The notes below the pieces were generated by a model that saw only the letters and a program-made list of their open reading frames with translations, did no database searches and had not been told where the DNA came from. DNA of 64,000 bases from Guillardia theta CCMP2712 (lineage: Eukaryota > Protista > Cryptophyta), in the NCBI RefSeq assembly GCF_000315625.1, contig NW_005434666.1, positions 1 to 64,000 of the forward strand, in the 5' to 3' direction. Within the stretch, counting starts at the first letter, position 1; the number at the start of each line of letters is the position of its first letter. A program made the position numbers and the translations under genes. Shown here piece by piece: positions 33,070 to 46,956 of this stretch.

Positions 33070-36000
33070 ATGGCAGACCGTCGTTTGAAGGGGAACGAGG
33101 TAAGGAGGGAAGGGAAATGGTGGCAGACGTTGAGAGCCCAAGAGCTCTGAAGAGATAGTGACAAGTTAAAGATGCTAGATATAGATGCTAGAGATAGTTA
33201 AAGATGCTAGATCCATGACTTCGCGATGAAGTAAGAGGAATCCCCTACATCGTGACTCGCGAGGGTGTGATCCTGTCTTGACGGGTCCAGACATTCTGTT
33301 TAGAAAGAGCTCAGACAATAGACAGACACACATTTCGGATCTGATGTTATCTTCTGATTTTATGGAAGATCGAGTTGTGAATGCAATCAACAACGTCTTG
33401 ACGAGTAATGGCAGGTTGTCCTCGAGGGGTATGTATATGACCTCGACGCCTTTTCAAAGGTTCATCCAGGAGGAGCCGGTGAGCGTTGATGTGTTTCTCT
33501 GTTCAACAAGCTGATGTTGCGATTGATCATATGAAAGATGCGCTGAGAGTATTCGGAGGGAGTGATGCCACAACGCACTACTACATGCTCCACCCGCACA
33601 AGGAGATTAGAGTCAAAGGTGACTGAAGCAGATTGACAACCTCTCCGGCTGACATCCATGCCAGCTCTTGAGCCCTTCCGGCTCCGCAAAGCGGAAGCTC
33701 CTGTGCATGACCTATGTTGTGAACGCGTGATGCCTGACACGATCGAGCAGAAGGGAAGTGGATCTGCTCACGGAGATTTGGTTTTCAAGCTCAACACCCC
33801 CGCGTTCCAGGACCTGAAGGTGCCTTTGTTGACGCATGCCTCCTGTTTCTGTGTACGTACACGCATGCGCTATCTTGACCCTTCCGACAGTCGAGGGTAC
33901 AGAAAGCTATTCCTTACCAGTTTGCAACCAGCGAGTGGTACGTCAAGGTAAGGCGGGGGACAAGGAGCGGACTATTGTTGTTGACTTCACTGCAGGCGTG
34001 TTTGATCATGATCCTCAACGTCTCCATGGAATACTTGATTGTTCGCGATGGCCCGTCACTGCTCAAGGCTTCAGGTAAGATCCGCATGTTGACGAGCATC
34101 TCTCAAACGATCGCAGTCTTAGGGCTCAGTATGGCCTTGATCGGACTTTGCATTCAGGTATGCTAACACCACAGAAAGGTGTAGAATGCAGGAAACAGCG
34201 GATAGGGATAAAGGTGGGGATGTTGATGCATGTATAGGAAACAAGAAAGGAACAGGAGAAGGAATACCAGACAAGAGGATGAGGTAGAGGAGAGCAAAGG
34301 TGACAAGGGTAGCAGCGGACCATAAGGCAAACAAGACGAGGAGAGAGGAGAAAGCTCCTTTGACCGGTTTGATTGTCTTAGCATGATGCCAACCACGGAG
34401 CTGTGTCCAAGAGTGGGTGGGTGAATCGATTCTGGGGATACACGCAGGTGAGTCTCAATCACTTGTTCTGATAGTCAAATCTCTTGTCTTCTGTTCTGAT
34501 ATTCGAATCTCTTGTCTTGTGTTCTGATATTCGAATCTCTTGCCTTCTGTTCTGATAGTCAAATCTCTTGTCTTCTGTTCTGATATTCGAATCTCTTGTC
34601 TATAGTCAACTCTCTTGCCTTTGAGTTGTTTTGTTGGATGTTCTGTCTTTCAGTGAGAATGGATTGTGTTTAACAATGCTTCTCTCAGGATTGGATCGGT
34701 GGAAGCTCCTTGCTATGGAGACATCATCATGTGTTGATGCATCATGCTGGTATACTTTCGTCTTATAGTTCCACTTGTCGCTACAGCTCCTCCTGCTCCG
34801 TCCTCTCCTCCTCCTGCTCGTCCTCTCCTTGTCCCCTCCTCCTGCTCCGTCCTCTCTTTGGTGCTGTGTGCATGGCTGTAGGAGGACTCACTGAAAGACA
34901 GATACCAACGTCAATGGCGACGATCCTGACATCACAGGTAGGGGGGGAAGCGAGCAGACGATGCTCGTCCTGTGCTTGTTCGGTTGCATGATCATGTCTG
35001 CAGGCGATCTTATCCGATTCAACAAGTTGACCAACTGGAAAGGGCACCATAAGTGGCAGGTAAACGAGATGTTCTCTTTCTATGCACTTCAAACATAAGT
35101 TTTCCTGGAATATCAGTTGTTGAAATTTGTCATCTCTGTATGATGAGACATAGTCCGATGATTTCTCGCAGGCTCTCTACACCTGGTTCCTACTTCCCCT
35201 TCTGCCCTTTCGTTGGCACTTCAGTGAGATTTTCGACCTCATCAACATGAAGGTCACACTTCCTTTTGTTTTCTTCTCCAAAACCTGACTTGGACGCGAG
35301 CAGCATCTCGATCGAAGCATTTCGCCGGTGACTCTTTGCTAGATCCTCCCCTCCCCTCTTTCTTGCCGATTCCTATCCTCAATCATCCTCCAATTCTCAC
35401 TGCTTCCTTTCTTTCTTCTCCTCACCTGTTGCTCCTTCTTTCTCTCTCCCTGATTTTTCACTTTGATCTGCACTTGTCTGTGACTTGTTTGACCTCACCG
35501 CAGATGGCCCAAACGGACGCCAGGATCGCTCTATTCCTGAGGCAAATGCCGTGATTACTCATGTCCATCTTTGACGATCTTGAAGATTTTTCTTCATGCT
35601 TCGATTCTATGCGCTTCCTCTCTACTTCTATCCTTCTTTCTTCACCCTCTTCTGCCATTTCGTGTGTCTGGCGGTGAGAAGCTGCAATCTCTGTCATCGT
35701 GTCCCTTAAAGAGATGCTCCAGGTGGGTGGAAGTTACCTGGGTTTCAACTTCGTAATCTCTCACAACTTCGAGGGAGCTCGGTACGTCTTATCAGTGACA
35801 TGTTTGATTTCTGTGTCTTCCCGTCTTTGTGCCGTTTCCCTGTTTCTACTCTCAAGGATTCTAAATCCTGTTTCTGACCCAACGGCCTTCACTTCCCTTT
35901 GACCTTGTAACCTGGGCTCAACTATGTCGTCATTAATCTTTGCTGTCTTGCCCTTCTTGTCTCTTCTTTCTCCTCGTCTTCAGTTTCCTTCCTCCTCCCT

Positions 36001-36888
36001 TTTCGTTGACTCCTGACATCTTGTAGATCTGTCCTTGATTCCACAGATCGCTCGAAGCACGAGAAACGTGACTGGTCGTTCGATCAGGTAAATCGTCTGC
36101 GTGCTCACCCGTTGTTCTTATCCTATCGATCGCATGTCCCTGTTCCACATGACTACCTTCCTCTAGGTCGAGACTTCATCTACAGTAGGAGGAAGAGTGC
36201 TCGGTGCGTATATTTTGACTCTGCTCTTCATCCTCTGCTCCACCCCCCTTACCTTGACTGCTCGCTGACCTGATTATCGACCAGGGTATCTCCACGGAGG
36301 TCTCAACTATCAGATCGAGCATCATCTCTTCCCCCGCATCTCCCACGTTCACTATCACAAGCTCGCTCCCGTTGTCCGACAGGTGAGCTAGGGAGAGGGA
36401 TCAGAAGCAGGGAGAGGAGGGGAGAGGAATGGATCAGAAGGATAGAGAGGAGAGGAGGGCAGGGCAAACAACACGATGATGTATGGAGAGGGACAGGAAA
36501 GAGGGGATAACAAGAAGGAGGACGAAGGGAAGGGAGGGAAGGAGTGAAGGAGGAAAGAAATTTTCGAATCTCTGATGGGAAACACTTTCAGTGGTGCCTG
36601 GATCATGGCCTCAAGTACACATACTACCCGACTGTCTTCCACAACGTATCAACCTCTTCTGCCTAGCCTTCCCCGACCCGCTTCATCAGCGGCAACCTCT
36701 CTCCCTCTCTCCCTCTCTCCCTCTCTCCCTCTCTCCATTCTCCTTTGCTTGCCCCTGCTCTTCCTCTTGTTGTCTTGGCAGCATGAAGCCTTCTATGTTT
36801 ATTCTGATCTCTCTGACAACAAGGACAGGTTCTTTCTACGTATCGCTACCTGAACGCTCTTGGCGAGCAGTCCCAGCAGGTCGGGTGA
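33070..36888 (+). CDS. Front-end fatty acid desaturase (delta4/delta5/delta6 type) with N-terminal cytochrome b5 domain, multi-exon
   Basis: [10 protein letters not shown]|[20 protein letters not shown]; His boxes IQ|[17 protein letters not shown] and [12 protein letters not shown]; ends [15 protein letters not shown]. Confidence 0.92.
34464..34621. repeat. Intronic 28-bp minisatellite (TGTTCTGATAGTCAAATCTCTTGTCTTC) x ~5.5
   Basis: Read directly; lies in a desaturase intron. Confidence 0.9.
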
Positions 36889-37032
36889 TGGAGACATGAG
36901 AGCAAGAGAAAGCCAAGCAAAATACACCCGGCAGCTCTTCAGGCGCGCAAGGCAGAGGATCTTTTCTAGTCACTTCATCACTTAAACAATCATTCACATA
37001 TCTACAGTTGAGACTATCAGCTTCTGCGAGCG

Positions 37033-38276
37033 TTACTCGTCTTCTTTGTCGCCCATCTCCTTCTCCTTCTCTTCCCCTCCTCCCTCCTTCTTCTTACAGT
37101 ACCTAGCTATCGCCTTCCTGCTCTGGCAGTATCGCTCGAACACTTCAGTGCAGTACATGTAGCCATGCCTCCTCGCCTCGCGGTTCTTGAGTCCGTAGTC
37201 GAGACCGGAGCTGGCGGGAGCAGGAGCCTTGTTGAAGGGCTTGAAGCCGAAGCGGCGAAGCATCATGAAGAAGGCGCGGAAGTTGAACTTGTGAGGATCA
37301 TCTTCGAACCACGTTTGCACTGCGAGCAAGAGGTAAGCAAGAGCAGCAGCAACACAGCAGCCTCACCATCGGTCCACCACTGGTCCACGTCCTTGACCTC
37401 CCATTCCTCCAGTCCGAGGGGGTTCCGCTGGTCGCACAGGTCCTGCTCCGTCTGCAGAGCGTTGAGAGCTTTAATGCGCACGACTCCCTTGTTCTGCTCC
37501 TCTTCCAAGAAATATCTGAAGGCCACAACCTGGTTGCCTTGCCCGGTGTTGCTCAAGCCGGGAGGCTTCTGCTTCTGCGACGCCTCCTTCATCCACTTGC
37601 TTCCTTGCTTCTCTCTTGCTCGCGCCATCTTCACAGCAAGCGACGTCTTATCATCACCGGACGGAGACGGCAGGTCTGACCTAGCAACAATCTCATGGTG
37701 AGCAGGAGCGCTCCCAAACGTAGTTTGTGCATGTTCCATGAAGGAGGCAGGGGCGCCCATGTAAGGATGGTTGCGTTGCTTGGCGCTTGACAAGTCGTAG
37801 ACAGATCCCGTAAAGAAGGACTGGGGCGAAGGTTTGCTGCTGCTGTCCAGCAGAGCAGGGCTCACAGAATGGTAGGAGCTCATCGATTGCCAAACTTGCG
37901 GGGCGAACTGACCTGACTGTTGTAGCAGTGAGAGAAGACTCGATAGAGACGTATTGGCGTTGTTAGCCCCGTTCACCTCCAGCCCAAGGACTTGGGATTT
38001 CGATCCGACGCTCAAAAATCTATCTCTATCCCCTTGTGCTAGCTTCAAAGTGTTCGAAAGATGAAAACTAGGGCCAACATTCATAGGTGAAAAGGACAGG
38101 TTGCTTGATGACAAGGGGCTCTGCTGCAGCATGGAGGGAACAACATTGGTTGTGAGCATGATCGGCGCAGACGACGTGTTTTTCATGAGCTGCGTGCTCG
38201 TATACCCTTCGCTCTGCGAAGTGCTGAACGGCAAGCGTCTTGAGGTATTTTTTTGAAAATTCCAGCCTCCGTCCAT
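37033..38276 (-). CDS. Putative transcription factor: long S/Q-rich N-terminus plus HSF-like DNA-binding segment; one short intron
   Basis: EWEVKDVDQWWTD|...WFEDDPHKFNFRAFFMMLRRFGFKP resembles the HSF motif NF.SF.RQL..YGF.K. Confidence 0.55.
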
Positions 38277-38344
38277 CAGAGGAGGAACGTGGTCAAAAGA
38301 ATTTGCAGAGAGTTGGTAGCGACTGAAGAGGAATGAAGAAGCTG

Positions 38345-38472
38345 GTTGAAGAAGGAGGAAGGACAGGGAGGAGAGGGAGGAGAGGGAGGAGAGGGAAGAG
38401 AGGGTCGACAGGAAGGAGAGGGAAGAGAGGGTCGACAGGAAGGAGAGGGAGGGAGGGAGAGGAAGGTGGAAA
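38345..38472. repeat. Purine-rich repeat including 27-bp duplicates (GGAGAGGGAAGAGAGGGTCGACAGGAA)
   Basis: Read directly from the sequence. Confidence 0.75.
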
Positions 38473-39379
38473 GAAGCGGTCTGGGGGAGAGATATGTAGG
38501 CTATGGGGGGGGGCGGAGTGCAAGGGCCAAAACGAGGAGCTGGGGTATAAGCAGTGGAGGAGATTTAAAACTAATTCTTAAGATGGGAGTTTATTATACT
38601 TGTATATCGCGGTGATGGCATATCTGTAGGACCCCCACCACCTCCTCAGTATTGAAGACATGAAGAACTGTCTGTAACCCCCCTAATAAAGCAATATGGG
38701 TACGTTTGAAGGAGCCTTTTGATAACCCCACCCCCCTTTTCCCTAACAATATATCCAAAAAGTTTCTTGACTACCTAACGAGGGGAATAAACCGGTACTC
38801 ATCAATTCAGAGATGCGCGGCGATGACTTTACTACTGCAACCACAATGGTTAAAACCTTGAGATTTAGAAATAGATCGTTTGGACGCCTGTTCCTCTTTA
38901 CCCCACTGTCAGCATGTCAATTCAAACAGTCGCAGTATCAAAGAGGTCAGCTCTTTTAGGTGCTTTCCCTGAATTTAAGGCACCAATGGCCTCCGTGCCC
39001 GTCATTTGCGAGCAAGAACTACCCCCAATGATATCGATACCCCAGTGTTTCCCTCAAGATACCCACCTTTTCCATATCACCTGTGACCTTTTGGACCTGC
39101 TTTAACACCTTGCACCGTATAGCTAGTGCTGACGCAGTAACGGGATACAGTCAGTCCAGAACCATCTTTTTGCAGGTACACAAATCGAAACGATAAGATT
39201 TTGTAAAATCTGCGGGATTGATCTTGAACCGTTGATATTTTCATTGGTATGCTAAGACCCTTCGGTGCAGCTCGCCTCAGAGGACGGGTTCACTGTGAAC
39301 CCGGTGAAACTCCGAACCGAACGGGGGAGGCGACAGGAGGCCTGGCAGTTGAATCTCGAGATCGGGCCTGACCTCTTCG

Positions 39380-40570
39380 CCTCAGGACTGTTTTAGTTTA
39401 AAAGGCTACCGGGGCTGGTTTCAAGTTTCGTCCGATCAGTATCCGACCCGAGCCCGGCGTGGGCCGGCCAGCCGCGGCCGCCCGGGCCCGGGGGCCCGGT
39501 GATCATCGCCGCGGGGCCGGATTGAACTTCGGCAGCCGCGGCCCGCCGCTGAGGGTCGCCGTCAAGCCCAGGCTTGCCACCGTAGCCCGGGCTTCCGCCG
39601 GGCGGGGGCGACCGTGTGCCACTGTAACAGTGCCAGAAGCAGTCCGCAATCACGGTCCGACTCCGCGACGAGCCGGGCCGCCCGGCGGCCGCCCCGGCCC
39701 GGCCGCGACCGGCGGCCGGGCCGGGCTGGCCGCCGGCCGAGCGCCCTGGCTGCCGGCAGCCGCTCAGGGCCCGAGCTCAGCCAGTCACTGAGTGCAGTGC
39801 CGTCCGATCACCGTCACCGGTGACCGTGGCGCCCGGCCGTCGGACTGACTCAGTGACGCGGCCGCATCATCGGATGCGGCTCCGATCACTGCTGTCACGG
39901 CCACACTGTGACAGGCTAGTGCCGCGGCCGCCGGCGGCTGAGTGCCACCCGGTCCGAGCAGTGCCGTCACCGTGGTGTCGGAGCCCGGCCGCCGTCAGTG
40001 AGTGGCAGTGCCAGCCGGTTGAACACCGTGTCAGCCGAGTGAGCCTGAGTACGACGGTCGGCCCGCGGAGTCGGAGGTGCCCCCGGCCGCGGCGGGGCCG
40101 GGGGCCGCTGGGTCGGACCGTACTGCGAGCGTCACCGCCCGGACCGGGGGCGGCGGCAGGGCCGCCCCGCTGATTTGATTCGACTCAGTAGGACCCCGCA
40201 GCGGCACTCCGACTCGGAGGCTCGGAACTTCAACTGGCCCGCCACTGCCAAAGGCGAGTCAGCTGGTATCTAGCGGCCTAGTACTCACGGTACGGGCGGG
40301 GCGGCCCCCCCCCCCCCCGGGCCCCCTCCCGAGTCACCGGCGGCCAGTCGGCCGCGAGTGACGGTCGGATCGGACCGTCCGGCGGCGATCGGACCGTACT
40401 GCGGCCCGCCGGCCCCGCCGCCGCGCGGGAACCGTACTCACCGTCCAACGGTTAAAAACCGTTCCGGCAGTCAAGCGATGGCAAGTCATTTCCGATCATG
40501 GCAGTGCAGGCACCGTCGGACGGGGCGCTGCACAGTGACTGACGGCGTTGATGCCATGCTTGATCACTGA
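39380..40570. other. GC-rich fold-back island 2
   Basis: Same palindromic motif vocabulary as island 1; intergenic between divergent genes. Confidence 0.8.
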
Positions 40571-40711
40571 TGATCAAAATGGCTGGTGAATATCATTCAC
40601 GGTGGAGCGTCAATGAGCTAGTTGGACAACATGTCCGATCTCACAATCTTCAAGTGCTGAAACCAAGAGCACAAGGATGAGACGAACTTTCGGTCAGATC
40701 ATGTTGCAGCA

Positions 40712-42400
40712 ATGAGTCTTTCCAAGTTCAGTCCGTTGGTAGGATGGGACGAGCATGGCAGTGGCAGCATTGGAACAAGTGTAGTGAGGAAGATGGGGGG
40801 GGAACGAATAAACAGGCAGCAGGAAGCAAAGGACGCCTTCGCCACACCACAAAGTCAGCTCTTTGTTAGAAATCACTCTTTTGGATTTCTAGATGACTGT
40901 CGTTTCTGCACGTGTGAAATAGTGCGGCTGCTTGTGAGAATTGAGACTTGACTGGGTTGGGATTATTGAAGTTTGTCTTGTATCTAAAGGTGGAAGGAAA
41001 ATCCAAGTCAGAGATAATACAGGACGGCTACAAGTAATGTACCACTCAATTCAATTTCTCACTTTAGACCCCGATACTGATGTTATGTAAGTTGTTCATT
41101 CTGCGGAGAATCATTCGTTGCATCAGCAACGTACAAAGTTTGCAGGTGACATCTGAACGAGGTTGCACTGACTGGAATTAGATGACGGTTACTTTCTCAC
41201 ACAGCAAATGTCTCTCTGACAAGGAAATCTCGCATGTGCGGAATCTACTTGAAGATAGAGATGATGCAGAGGTTACTTTGTTGGTTGCTGAGAAGCTGAA
41301 GCAGTTTTGAGTTTTGAGCTTACGATTGCGTTTGCTATTGACAGAGACAAGTCAAGGTCAAACCTCGAGCAGGAAGCAAGACAGATGTCGAGTGCGAGAC
41401 TGCTTGCCTGTGATGCATCTTCTTAACGATCATATTGGTTCGGCCAGCATTCTCTCTCTGATCATCGACACAACCGTCCACGGAGCACGCAACGTCAGTT
41501 GACATTCTGCTTGATCTCCGTGCTTTACCTGCGTCATGAACGCTCAGGATGTTTCATTGAACTCAACCCTATCAAGATCCTCATCTGCGAAGCATCCGAA
41601 TCCCATGGTAAAGGACCTGTTTACCTGAGCCAATGATGTGACCTGATCAGCTGCATTGGGGAAACAGGAGAAGATTGTCGGCGTCATTCGAAACCTTCCT
41701 TGCCTTGTCTCCATGCAACAAGAGCAAGCAGAGAACCTCGCAAGACATGTTCGGGTCAAAAGGTTGTCAAGGCATGCACCGAGTGTAACGTCCAAGTAAC
41801 GTTGATGATACTGAAGGTACGGTACAGGAGAGGTTTTGATCAAAGAAGGAAGCATCTCAAACTACATCTCGGTGACCAACTGGCCTCGCAAAGGTCGCTC
41901 TGACAGACCAGCAGGTGGTGATCAGAGGTCAGGTTGATGTTTACCATGAATCGTCATGGATCATCAGACTTGGAGTGAACAAGGTTGAGATGAGAAGTGC
42001 GGGGGAAGGGATAAACAGCCTGACTATTCGCCTCCAGGTTTTGAACGAGTGGAGTTCACTCCTCGACTCTCCTTCTCTTGCTTCCTTTCAAGCCGGTTGC
42101 AAACCTCTTGCACTCTCCTCTATCGTCGCTCTTTTTCCTTGTGCTGTTTGCTACCCCTGCGCTCTCTCTATTCGTACCACTCCTTACTCCCCATTTCGAA
42201 CATGGCCTTGACTCTTCTTCCCTCCTCTCTGTTGCCTGCCCCAGCGGCGGATCTGCAGGTTATGGAGATTCCCATCGAGCAGATGGTATCCTGCATTTCC
42301 TCAATGAGGTTCGGGGCACCCGAGGCTGCGGAAATTTGTCCTCACTTTTTGTCAGATCAGCGCGGCAAGGAAAGGATGCGGCGGCAGCAAAGCCCGGCTC
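40712..42400 (+). CDS. Multi-exon protein with a probable cyclic-nucleotide-binding-like domain (approximate)
   Basis: IRNLPCLVSMQQEQAENLARHVRVKR ... VVIRGQVDVY ... NEWSSLLDSPSLA ... VMEIP resembles the cNMP-binding beta-roll pattern. Confidence 0.4.
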
Positions 42401-43299
42401 GGCGATTTCATTGAGGCCGCCGACAAGTGCAACGGGAGGAAATGTGCTGGGCCCGTCCTACCGCCATGTCAAATGCGGAAGAGGAGATGGCGTGATCATA
42501 ACAAGTTCGCTCTCTGCTGGCAGAGAGCACAGGATGCGCGCAAGCATCAACGTCCCCACGTCCAGCATCCAACTTACACCCCGGCGAGCGAGGACAGCAG
42601 CGAGCGCCGAGAGGGAGAGCTTCGTGCAGCAGTGGACCTTGGGGCACGATAACGCCGACAGAGACTCTCTACTCCCTCCTGCTCCCCCACTCTCCAACGA
42701 TGTTCTCTCTGCCCAGAGCTGCACGCACAGGAAGTACCTTTTCGTACGCGATACTGCCACCGCAGGAACCGACGATCCTCAACTGACTAGTCGTAGCCTG
42801 CTCGTGGTACGGAGGAAGAACTCCTTGCTCGGCTCTGGAATCGTCCCAAGGAACCCCCTCTTCCTGATGGAGATCGGCAGGCACATGGAGGAGGATGGGA
42901 CATCAGCTCGAGCTGGCTCCTTCCCCACCTTCACGGCGATAGTCTGCCTCCGACCCAGCTCCAGCGCACGTCAGGGCTGAGGGAGAAGAGAAGGCGCACT
43001 GGGGATCCGCTCTGCCATCCAAAGTTTTCCCGCTGACGTACAGGAGCCCAGGGCCCAAAGACAAGGGCAGGAGACGCCTGAGAGCGGCAGATGAGGTAAG
43101 AACTTGAACACGCGGCAACCTCCTGGCCCCTTCCTCGTCTCCTCCTCAGCCACCTCACCGTTTTCTCTCTCTGTCCAGTGTCTCTGTATCCCGCTGTCCA
43201 GTGCCACTCCCGTCCCTTTGCCTTACTTCCGAGCAGCCTGCCGTTCTCGGGCCCTTACGATGATCTCGATCTTGCTCCTCGAGTCGTACAAGCTAAGTA

Positions 43300-44185
43300 G
43301 TACGGTAGCTGCGCGTGACTAATGTATCCTCTGCCCGGGTGACTGTCAAGTCTCCCCGGCGTCCCGAGTCACTGTGAGGCTCCGTCGGCTGAGCCGCGGC
43401 GCGGCGGGCCTCAATGCCAGGCTCAGTGTTCAACTTCTGGCGGCCCATGGTCCGGCTCTCCGCCGCCGAAAGCCGACTCGGCCGCCGCCGCCGCCGCCGG
43501 GTACCGACTCGGACCGGACAGTGCCACCGTGGCACGACGGTGGCGTGGCTCGCGGCGGCCCGGCGCCTGGCACACTCCCGCTCGGACCCACCGGGCCGGT
43601 CACCCGCCGGATCGGCGGACCCCGGGCCCGGCGTGACCGTCGCCGCCGGGCCGCCGGGGGGCCCGGCGCCGGCCCAGCCCGGGCACCGTCCTGGGGCTGA
43701 GGCCGCGCCCCCCGGGAGGCTCGGACTCAACTTGTACGGTACGCCGTGACCGTACCGGCGCCGGGTCAGCGCCGGGCCCCGGTCCGAAGTTCCGACTGAG
43801 TCCCACGGCGCGAGTCCCTCCCGGCGCTCGGAGTCCGGCTGGCCCGGCTCACGGCTGAACTAGTGACTTTCAACTTCCGCCTTGCCGGAGGCTGAACTTG
43901 ACCCGGCCGGGCGGCGCGTCCGAGTCGGAACCGTGCCACGGTGGCCGCACCGTAAGTGAGTAGCCCGGCTAGTACTACTGAGGCTGCCAGGGACTCGCCG
44001 GACTGAGCGGGCGGCGGGCCATGGCGAGTTCAACCGGCTGCCTGCACGGTCGCGCCGCAGCCCGGGCCGGGCCGGGCGGGAGGGCCGCCCGGCTGTGTGG
44101 CTCGGCCGGGCCGTGCGGCGGGCCGCGGGCGCCGCGGCCGGGCGGGACCCGGCCGGGCCGGGAGTTGATCCGAAGTTGATCACTA
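43300..44185. other. GC-rich fold-back island 3
   Basis: Same composition and motifs as islands 1 and 2. Confidence 0.8.
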
Positions 44186-44364
44186 AGGTTTTACAGTGAG
44201 ATTCAAAAAAAAAGGCGTGGAAGGAAAACGTTCCACAAGGAGAGGATAGACAGGAGAGGACGATGGATTGCGAAGTGAGACCGCAGTGACATCATGAAGC
44301 AAAAAAGAGCAGGAAACTCACAAGAGCACATCTCATCCCACTGACAACAAGCGTCTTGTGGAGT

Positions 44365-46100
44365 ATGGGGCAGCTGTTCTCAACTAGCAGGAAGGTTGTC
44401 CTGCTGCACGGCCAAACCCAAGTCACTTACCCCGTCCCTTCCAACAACACTGACCTCTACGATCTGCATGCAGATCTTTGCCGCAAATTTAAGTTGGAGA
44501 CAAGTGCGATCATTTCTGGGTTCATAGTCGATCACGAGAATGGCGGACCAGTGTGCCCTATAAGGCTCATTGCGGCACTGAAGGGAGGGGAGAGATGTCG
44601 GCTAGTGGTTTTGCAGCATGCTGTTGAAGACTTGTTGCAGCTTCCTGTCCCTCCTGCTCGCCTTGATAGGGACCAGATCTTGAACCTCATGGTGAGCTGG
44701 AAGATGCTCAAGGAAGGAACGGCAGAACAGAGGATGTTTTCCTTCGAAAAGTTATGCTCAGCGCTGTCCGACAAGGGATTTGCATACATTGCAGTGCAAG
44801 CAGGACAGTCAGAAATTGTGAGAAACGCAGTCAAGGCCGCGAAAGACTTCTTTGCAGATCCTTTAGAATCGAAAGTCAGAAACAAAGTCAGTTTCCCTCG
44901 ATCAAAGTTTGTCGGATACTCCAAGCAAGGCAAACGGGAGTTCTTTCAAGTGCGCAAAGTTGGAAGCCATTACCGGTTTCCCTGGCCAGAAGACGAGCAG
45001 GGTACCTCCGATTTCGCCTCTGCCATTCGCGTACTTTATGAGGAGCTGTCGCAATGCTCAAGATACCTTCTCGAGAACCTGTAAGCCATTGCGCAGTTTC
45101 ATGCATGTTGTTACTTACAGCTCATTTCTTGAGATGTCCACTCTTGCAACTAGACGCGAATGAGATCAGACAGATGCTTGATAGTCAGGACGATGGCCAT
45201 CTCGAGAATGAGAGGTGAAGGCAACATGGTGGTCAACCTTCCGATGATGAGACAGCACGCAGGAATGACAAGTCAGACGACGTTGCAGCTTCTGACTTCT
45301 TCGTGGGTAGTGATGTGCTCCGCTTGTATCAGTATCACCGGCCCTTAGGAGAAGCACCTCCGGGTATAGCCAACGCGGCTACAGGTGTGCATGCTCCCAG
45401 GAAGGTGCCACCTGCTCCTCCTCAACTGATCGCAGGAATTCATGCCGACATGGGCCTGCTCACAGTTGCTCCCTGCGCCAACTTGCCAGGAACCGATCGC
45501 GCGATCCTCATGCCCCGTCTCTGAATGTCTGTGCAGGGCTCGTGATGCTGTCTCCGGATGCGTGCAGGTGGTTGGACGTGGAGGCCTCGCTGTATGCAGT
45601 GATGGACGACGACAAGCTGGAGTCCCTGACGATGGAGGAGCATCCAAGAGAAGAGCTCTCACTACCACACTGCGACTTGCATGTTGAGAGCAGCGGCGGT
45701 AAGTCGTGACGATTGCTGGTTCCAGCCTTTCTCACAGCTTCCTTGTCCTGCTCTCAGCTCCAGGAGACCTGAAGGAGCTCGAACACAAGTTCTTTGTTGT
45801 GTTTGCAGGAGAGACTCTGGGTAACCTCTCACGCGGAAAGATCAGGGCTCCACTGCACTACGTGGACGAATATGTGGGATTATGAGATGTCTTGCTGAGT
45901 CACAGACTGGATTGACGTCATGGTAGGTGATAGGACGACCAAGAATCTCTATGCCCTTCTTCACCAGAGCTCGTCCAGATTCAAAGATCAGAAGGATTCA
46001 ACACAGCAGGTGAAGAACCTTTGGAGTGTATTTCAGTGTGATCATGACTTGAGTTCAGTCATTGCAATGAGGTCTCGGTCGCGAGCTTCATGGAGGACGT
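44365..46100 (+). CDS. 2-oxoglutarate/Fe(II) dioxygenase (IPNS/DIOX_N-like), multi-exon; possible N-myristoylation start (MGQLFS)
   Basis: LSDKGFAYI...AKDFFADPLESK (DIOX_N-like), LRLYQY, GIHADMGLLTV (HxD), VFAGETL, APLHYV (distal His) and RISMPFF. Confidence 0.88.
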
Positions 46101-46418
46101 TGTCCTTACCTCCAGGCCCTGGATTAAACCTCGTCCTCCACCAAATTTTGTTGTTGGTGAATCTTTTTGATCTCTTTCCCCGCAGATTGAGAGATTTTCT
46201 TGCAGATTTTATCCGAAAGCGGCAAGGGAAGCAGGATCACGTGCGGACATCGTTTAAGAGTGACTATTAAATGAAGGTTTCTATGTCATTGGATCTGGCT
46301 TGGGTGTTTCACTTACAAAAACACCATCCTGATCTGAGATTCGCCTTCTTACTTACAAGGGATCATTATTATTGACTCAAAAATTACACTTAGCAACTTC
46401 TCCCCAGCGATACAGGAT

Positions 46419-46956
46419 TTATCTACAAATTCTCTCCACATGTATCAACGCTTCGTCAATCAACTGTGCAGAGCTAAAAGTAAGATAAGAACATATTTGA
46501 AAATCCTGTCCGCAACTGTCCTTCAGGTCTTTTAGCTCTTCTTGTACATGAAATCGCTTCCCGGGCATTCTTTGACAACAACCTCGCTCTGACTTGCTTT
46601 CTGCCGGGGTCGAGCAACTGCCCACCATGAGCTCCTTCCTGGAGTTCACGTCCACAACCCTCAAGTCCCTTGTTGGAAGCTGGACCCGTGTTCTAGAGTA
46701 GGGCCATTTTTGAATGCCGAGACGGCGGCAAGCTTTTTTCATTGCCGTGATTGAAATTCCCTGCGCATCTCGGTTATGGGCAGAGACAAGAAGCGCACGC
46801 TCTGACGACACTCACCAAAAACTCAGAAGCCTCTTTCTCTTTCATGCAAAAAAGCTCTTGCAGATCTTGTTTCGTTAGATCTTGTGTCTTCCCGCATCTG
46901 TACTTGTGACAAGGATTTTCTCTCGTGGACGCGTCCAGGTAAGCCATGCTTGACAT
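46419..46956 (-). CDS. RWP-RK domain transcription factor, 2 exons
   Basis: LTKQDLQELFCMKEKEASEFL|GISITAMKKACRRLGIQKWPYSR, with an intron at ~46762-46815. Confidence 0.9.

Noticed and set aside
42078-43260. 300-aa plus-strand ORF and overlapping minus-strand ORFs
   Set aside because: No recognisable domain and the coding strand could not be determined; left unannotated.
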